This document shows, one piece after another, positions 27,362-32,000 of a DNA stretch of 32,000 nt. Source of the stretch: Pseudomonas aeruginosa (GTDB lineage Bacteria; Pseudomonadota; Gammaproteobacteria; Pseudomonadales; Pseudomonadaceae); the NCBI RefSeq assembly GCF_001457615.1, contig NZ_LN831024.1, positions 4,830,001 through 4,862,000 of the forward strand. The letters run 5' to 3'. Numbering within the stretch: the stretch's first letter is position 1; each line of letters starts with the position of its first letter. The notes under the pieces were generated by a model. The model was given only the letters and a program-made list of their open reading frames with translations. It ran no database searches and was not told the origin of the DNA. Position numbers and translations under genes: made by a program.

Positions 27362-29032
27362 CTAGATCAGCAGTTCCGCCCTGCCGACATCGACCTTCAG
27401 AATCTCCGCGTCGATGTATCCAAGTTGTACCCCCAGCAAGGGCAGGACCAGATTCAGGATCGGCGTCAGCAGCCCATCGACCAGAGGTGCCACCACGGAA
27501 TTCACGATGAGGTCGGTGAGCGCCGTCGAGCCGCACAGCAAAGGCAAGCACAGTCCGAGCACCACGGGATTGACGTTGATGCTGGTTTTCAGGGTACTGG
27601 CGAGAAAGCCGCTTTCCGGCAACCTGCGGCTCTGGACGAGATCGGAACCGTCGGCTTTCACGTTGAATCGCGTATCGCCCGAGCTGCCGGCGATCGAGGT
27701 ATCGAGCTTGAGATCCAATCGCACCAAGCCGCCAAGCACCAGAATCGAGCCGACCTGATCGATGTTGGCCGGACTGCCGATCTTTATCGTCGCTCCGCTG
27801 CTTCTCCAACCGAAGTCCAACGCGGTATCCGGGCGGGTACAGGCCATGCTTTTCAGCCAGACGGCTCCCGACGCGCCTTCGATGGCCAGTTGCAGTTTCG
27901 TGGTGGCGAGAATGGACAGGAACCCGGAATCGATGTCCGCCGTAAGTCGTACCTGGGACTGGCGCACCTCCGTGCGCCAGGCACCGCTCTCATCCTGCCC
28001 TGGCGGCCCGGAGACGATCCTCTTCGGCTCTACGACCGTGAGCCGTGCATTGGCCAATCCAGGGATACCCAGGTTCACGGCGACCGCGGAATTCTTGTTG
28101 GCGACCTGGGCAACCGCCATGATGAGATCCAGCGCATTGATCGCCGTATCCAGCTGCGACATGCTGTTCACCTCGCCGGCGCTCAGCCCCAGCAAGTCTC
28201 CCAGTTTCAACGTGGCCGACTTTACCCCCACCAATTGCGCTCTCAGGGCCTCGACCGAGGCTACGCCGTTCTTCGCCAGGACGTTCACGCTGGCGGCGAG
28301 TACCTGCTGCAAGCCGACGTTGGTATTCAACAACTGTTCGATGGTCCCCAGGCTGGTATCGACCCCGATCAAGCCCATTCCATCCGCGCCGAGAATGTCC
28401 AGCACACTGAGCTTCGCGTCGGCGATACCGTTGTAGGCCGCCGCCGAGAGATCGATGTGGGTGCCCAGCAATCCGCTCAGGATGGGGTTGAGCAACGCCG
28501 ATTGGCCACTGTTCACGCTCGCCAGCCCCGTGCCTGCGGAAATCGTGGCGTTCGGCAGGCGTCGCGCCACAGCCTCTGCGCGGAGATCGACGTTGGCATT
28601 GCCGCCGCCGAACAGTCCCCCGAGGTTGGCGACCAGGCTGCCGGGAACGCTCTTGGTCACCTCGACATGCACCGCCTCGTTGGCGGCAGCCGCGTTCGAC
28701 GCGCTGGCTATGAAACTGCGCAGGCCGCCGGCACTCAGCACGCCGCCGACCTCCGCCGACAGGCTGGAGCCGGCGGCGTCCGCATCGAACCCGTTGAGCA
28801 TCGCGCTGGCCTTGGCGAAAGACGTCGCCTGGGCAGAACTCTGGTCGCCGCACAAGGCTCCCTGGGAGGCACTCTCCAGCGCCGCCACGTCCGCCACTCG
28901 CTGCAGGTTGCGCTGCTCCAGGTAGAGCCGCCCGGTATCCACCACCAGCAACAGGCAGATCAAGGCCAGCAGCAGGGTGGTCGCCGCCAGGATGCCGATC
29001 GCCCCGCGCTGTCTTGCAGGCCATCCGTTCAT
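27362..29032 (-). CDS. tadG: TadG-like pilus assembly protein
   Basis: The N-terminus MNGWPARQRGAIGILAATTLLLALICLLLVVDTGRLYLEQRNLQRVADVAALESASQ is the TadG/TadE-like membrane anchor, followed by a long extracytoplasmic region. It sits next to tadD, tadC and tadB. Confidence 0.87.
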   Translation of the reverse strand: MNGWPARQRGAIGILAATTLLLALICLLLVVDTGRLYLEQRNLQRVADVAALESASQGALCGDQSSAQATSFAKASAMLNGFDADAAGSSLSAEVGGVLSAGGLRSFIASASNAAAANEAVHVEVTKSVPGSLVANLGGLFGGGNANVDLRAEAVARRLPNATISAGTGLASVNSGQSALLNPILSGLLGTHIDLSAAAYNGIADAKLSVLDILGADGMGLIGVDTSLGTIEQLLNTNVGLQQVLAASVNVLAKNGVASVEALRAQLVGVKSATLKLGDLLGLSAGEVNSMSQLDTAINALDLIMAVAQVANKNSAVAVNLGIPGLANARLTVVEPKRIVSGPPGQDESGAWRTEVRQSQVRLTADIDSGFLSILATTKLQLAIEGASGAVWLKSMACTRPDTALDFGWRSSGATIKIGSPANIDQVGSILVLGGLVRLDLKLDTSIAGSSGDTRFNVKADGSDLVQSRRLPESGFLASTLKTSINVNPVVLGLCLPLLCGSTALTDLIVNSVVAPLVDGLLTPILNLVLPLLGVQLGYIDAEILKVDVGRAELLI

Positions 29033-29056
29033 GCCCTGCCCCTCCGCCAGGAACCG

Positions 29057-29341
29057 TCAGTTCTTGCTCTCGCCGAAGCCGCGATCTTCCAGCAGGTACT
29101 CGGGAATCTCGTGCTCATAGCTTTTCAGGTAGCGCTGGTAGGCACGCTGGCGCTCGGCGGCGGTCGCGCTTTGCCGAACCGGGCTGGCGGCCCGGCCGGT
29201 CGCCTGGATGGCCAGCCAGGCGCGGGTGGCGGTCTGCGGTTCGGCCGTCGCTGGCGCGGCAGGACGGACCGCCGGCGTGTCCGCGGCCCAGGCCGTGCCG
29301 GACAGGAGCAGCAAGACGCCGAACAGGATTCGCTCGTGCAT
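29057..29341 (-). CDS. Small exported DUF3613-like protein of the Tad locus
   Basis: Signal peptide MHERILFGVLLLLSGTAWAADT; C-terminal AAERQRAYQRYLKSYEHEIPEYLLEDRGFGESKN. It lies between tadG and tadD. Confidence 0.75.
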   Translation of the reverse strand: MHERILFGVLLLLSGTAWAADTPAVRPAAPATAEPQTATRAWLAIQATGRAASPVRQSATAAERQRAYQRYLKSYEHEIPEYLLEDRGFGESKN

Positions 29342-29363
29342 GGTTCACCTCTCCGGCGCCGGC

Positions 29364-30101
29364 TCAGGGCGCCTCGTTGGCCATCGCGGTATGCATATTC
29401 GCCTCCGCCGGCAGTTCCGCCAGCGGGTCGTCGCTTGCCGGCGCCGCGCCGGGTGTCGGTACGGCACCCCAGCTGCGCGCCCGCGCCTCGGCCGCGCGGA
29501 TGTCCCGGGCATTCAGCTGCAAACGCTCGATCAGGCGCTGCGCATCTTCCCGGTCGCCTTGCAGGTACAGCAGGCCGAGCAGGTTGGTCGCCGGCAGCTT
29601 GCCACCCTGCTGCAACTCCAGCGCAGTGATGAATTCGAAGCGCGCGCCGACACGGTCGCCGCGCTTGAGCAGGGCGACCCCCAGGTCGTTGCGGAAGCGG
29701 CTCTCGGTCGGCCGCAGGCGCGCCGCCTCGCGCAGCTCGAGGACCGCCCGGGCGCTGTCGCCATTGCGCAGGGCGAGCAAGCCGAGGCCGTGGTGCGCCT
29801 CGGGTGCCTTGCAGGTTTCCAGCAGGGCCTGGTACTCGGCCCTGGCCCGCGGGTCGCCGATCCGGCGCAGGATCAGCGCCCTTTCCTCGCGCACGTCGAG
29901 CAACCCCGGCGGCATGCTTTCCAGGTTGGCCAGGGCCGCATGCAGGCGGCCCTCGCGGATCATGTCGCGGACCATGTTCATCTGCAGTTCCTGCTCCTGG
30001 CCGAGCTGCTGCGAACACTCCCGTGGGCCGTCCCGCCCCGGCAGCGCGGCGCAACCGCCGAGCAGGGCGGCGCACAGGCCGATGCCGATCAGTGCTTTCA
30101 T
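29364..30101 (-). CDS. tadD: TadD-like TPR lipoprotein
   Basis: Start Met at 30101. The lipobox is MKALIGIGLCAALLGGCAALPG, followed by TPR-like EAHHGLGLLALRNGDSARAVLELREAARLRPTESRFRNDLGVALLKRGDRVGARFEF. Confidence 0.88.
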   Translation of the reverse strand: MKALIGIGLCAALLGGCAALPGRDGPRECSQQLGQEQELQMNMVRDMIREGRLHAALANLESMPPGLLDVREERALILRRIGDPRARAEYQALLETCKAPEAHHGLGLLALRNGDSARAVLELREAARLRPTESRFRNDLGVALLKRGDRVGARFEFITALELQQGGKLPATNLLGLLYLQGDREDAQRLIERLQLNARDIRAAEARARSWGAVPTPGAAPASDDPLAELPAEANMHTAMANEAP

Positions 30102-31015
30102 CCCAGTCCTCCCAAGGCCTTGGTGATGGCAATGACGCCCGGACCGGCGAGGACGATCAGCAGCGCCGGGAACAGCAGCACCATCATCACCAGGCTCATC
30201 TTCGCCGACAGCTTGCCGATGCGTTCCTGCAAGGTGGTCAGGCGCCGGTCTTCGAACAGTTGCTTGAGCGTCAGCAGGGTGCTGCGCGCACTGCCGCCCT
30301 GGCGCAACATCTGCCGTAGCACGCCGCAGCAGTCGTTCAGCGGGTCCACCTGCAGGCGCCGGGCAAGCGCCTCCAGCTCTTCCGCCAGGTCGATGCCGTT
30401 GTCGGCACGGGTCAGCGCCAGGTCCAGCTCGCGGGCCAGTTGCGGGGTGATCCCGCGGCCTTCCAGGCAGACCACGCGCAGCGTCTGCTCCACGGTCAGG
30501 CCGGCGTCGAAGAGGATGCGGATCAGTTGCACGAACAGGATCATCTCGTCGGCGATCAGCGCCCGGCGCGCCTTGGCGAAGTGCTTGAGCACCTGCTTGG
30601 GCAGGAGGAAACCGATGCCGGCGGCGAACAGCAGCGGCACCGCGTAGGACGCCTCGCTCTCGGCGCGCAGCAGCTTGACCAGCAAGACCAGGAGAACGAA
30701 CAGCAGCGGCGTGAGGAACACCGAGATCAGGTACAGGGTCCGGTAGCGACTCTCGTGCCAGCCGGCCTGTTGCAGCAACTGGCGGGCCTCGCTGTCCATC
30801 AGTTGCAGGCGCCGCACCCAGAAGCTGTCGTCCATCCGCTCGGTCATGCCGGCCAGCCACCTGGTCGAGCCGCCAGGGTTGGCCAGCGCTCCCAGGCGCC
30901 TCTCGATCAGGCGCTGCTCGCGGCTGCCGTTGCGCGCCTGGAGCAACAGCAACAAGGCACCGCCGACCGCCATCAGGAGCGCCGCGAAAATCAGCCACTG
31001 TGCCTGCATGGCCAC
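30098..31015 (-). CDS. tadC: TadC, GspF-family inner-membrane platform protein
   Basis: SEQRLIERRLG-like N-terminus; GCCGVLRQMLRQGGSARSTLLTLKQLFEDRRLTTLQERIGKLSAKMSLVMMVLLFPALLIVLAGPG (T2SSF domain). Confidence 0.9.
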   Translation of the reverse strand: MAMQAQWLIFAALLMAVGGALLLLLQARNGSREQRLIERRLGALANPGGSTRWLAGMTERMDDSFWVRRLQLMDSEARQLLQQAGWHESRYRTLYLISVFLTPLLFVLLVLLVKLLRAESEASYAVPLLFAAGIGFLLPKQVLKHFAKARRALIADEMILFVQLIRILFDAGLTVEQTLRVVCLEGRGITPQLARELDLALTRADNGIDLAEELEALARRLQVDPLNDCCGVLRQMLRQGGSARSTLLTLKQLFEDRRLTTLQERIGKLSAKMSLVMMVLLFPALLIVLAGPGVIAITKALGGLG

Positions 31016-31018
31016 CTC

Positions 31019-31903
31019 CTAGACGCTCTTGAGCATGCGCCACAGCGCATAGCAGCCGAGCAGTTGCAGCCCGAGCGAGGCCAGGAGCAGGAAACGCCCG
31101 GTGCCGTCGGCCCACATGTTCAGCAGATAGCCCGGGTTGCTCGCCAGGATGTAGCCGCCCAGGGCGCTCGGCACGCCGGCCAGGACATAGGCGCTGATCC
31201 GTGTCTCGCCGGTCATCGCGTGCAACTGCCGGCTGAGCTTCTCGCGCTCGTGGATGAGCTTGACGATGCTGTCCAGCAGGTCGCTGGTATTGCCGCCATA
31301 ACGGTGGTTGACCGAGACGCCCAGGGCGAGGATGCGCAGCTCCTCAACCTCGTAGAGTTCGGCGACTTCCTGCAACGCCTCCGGCAGGTGGATGCCGAGA
31401 AGCACGTGGTTGCGCGCCAGGGTGAAGATGTCGCGCAGCGGCTCCTCGGCATTCTCCACTGCCTGCATTAGCGCGTCGCCCAGCGTGCGCCCGGCGTGCA
31501 GGCTGCGCACTACCTGGTCGAGGAAACGCGGCATCTGCCGGATCATTCGCTTCAGGCGGCGCTGGTAGAGCATGCCCAGGGCGACGCGGCAGGACAGCGC
31601 CGCCAGTAGCAGGCCGCCTAGCGCGCCGACGATGCCGAACAGGCGTAATCCGCTCCAGACCAGCAGCAGCGCAAGCACTGCCGCCCCGAACAACCACGGA
31701 CGCGGGCGCTGGATACCGGCGCGACGCATCTGGCGAGCCAGCCAGTGACTGCTGCGCGGCCGCACCGCGACCGCCTCCTGGCGTCCCAGCAGCCGTTCAA
31801 CCACCAGTTCGTTGCGCCCGGCGCGCCAGCCCATGAACGCCAGGGCCAGCGCGGCGAAAGCCAGCACGCCGCTGAACAGCACCAGCAGTTGCGCGCCGTT
31901 CAC
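31019..31903 (-). CDS. tadB: TadB, GspF-family inner-membrane platform protein; GTG start
   Basis: MLYQRRLKRMIRQMPRFLDQVVRSLHAGRTLGDALMQAVENAEEPLRDIFTLARNHVLLGIHLPEAL (T2SSF). The first codon at 31903 reads GTG. Confidence 0.9.
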   Translation of the reverse strand: MNGAQLLVLFSGVLAFAALALAFMGWRAGRNELVVERLLGRQEAVAVRPRSSHWLARQMRRAGIQRPRPWLFGAAVLALLLVWSGLRLFGIVGALGGLLLAALSCRVALGMLYQRRLKRMIRQMPRFLDQVVRSLHAGRTLGDALMQAVENAEEPLRDIFTLARNHVLLGIHLPEALQEVAELYEVEELRILALGVSVNHRYGGNTSDLLDSIVKLIHEREKLSRQLHAMTGETRISAYVLAGVPSALGGYILASNPGYLLNMWADGTGRFLLLASLGLQLLGCYALWRMLKSV

Positions 31904-32000
31904 AGCAGCGCCTGGCGGAATTTCTGCCCGACCGGCGCGGCCTGGCGGACGAACTGCCCGCTACCGCGCCGGTCGAGACTGAACAGCGTATTGGTGACGT
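31900..32000 (-). CDS. tadA: 3' end of TadA (Tad secretion ATPase), truncated by the window edge
   Basis: The reverse strand encodes ..VTNTLFSLDRRGSGQFVRQAAPVGQKFRQALL* immediately upstream of tadB, overlapping it by 4 nt. The assignment rests mainly on position in the conserved tadA-tadB-tadC order. Confidence 0.65.
   Translation of the reverse strand, partial: VTNTLFSLDRRGSGQFVRQAAPVGQKFRQALL

Noticed and set aside
27425-29629. 734-aa plus-strand ORF opposite tadG
   Set aside because: Antisense to tadG and adjacent genes, with no recognisable motif.
30102-31115. 5' extension of the 583-aa minus ORF upstream of the real tadD start
   Set aside because: The upstream residues are out of frame with tadC. 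The lipoprotein signal MKALIGIGLCAALLGGC marks the real start at 30101, so this is not a fusion protein.
1-32000. CRISPR arrays, IS elements, tRNAs, toxin-antitoxin or phage-defence islands
   Set aside because: I saw no regularly spaced repeats, transposase motifs, tRNA-like cloverleafs or defence-domain proteins. The gene content looks like ordinary core genome.

Overview
This 32 kb window is a high-GC gammaproteobacterial chromosome segment. Gene content and order match what I know of the Pseudomonas aeruginosa core genome around PA4281-PA4302; that is recognition from memory, not a database search. From left to right it contains: (1) tandem rRNA-type sigma70 promoters reading leftward off the edge; (2) sbcD-sbcC (+); (3) recC-recB-recD (-) with a lipoate-ligase-fold protein upstream; (4) an EamA permease (-) divergent from an AraC regulator (+); (5) a chromate-transporter-family protein (+), tail-to-tail with a methyl-accepting chemotaxis protein (-); (6) a small GTG-started hypothetical gene and a Pit-type phosphate transporter (+); (7) the left part of the Tad/Flp type IVb pilus locus with pprA, a TadE/TadF-like gene, fppA, pprB, tadG, a DUF3613-like gene, tadD, tadC, tadB and the 3' end of tadA. 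I see no mobile element, CRISPR array, tRNA or phage island. I do not think the window holds an undescribed multi-gene system. The most notable direct observation is an apparent reading-frame break near the 5' end of the sensor kinase gene pprA, around 25090-25112. Others are an inverted repeat in the tadF/fppA divergent region, a lipoate-ligase-like protein with atypical motifs, and several very tight gene junctions. The many long antisense or overlapping ORFs in the track are best explained as high-GC artefacts.
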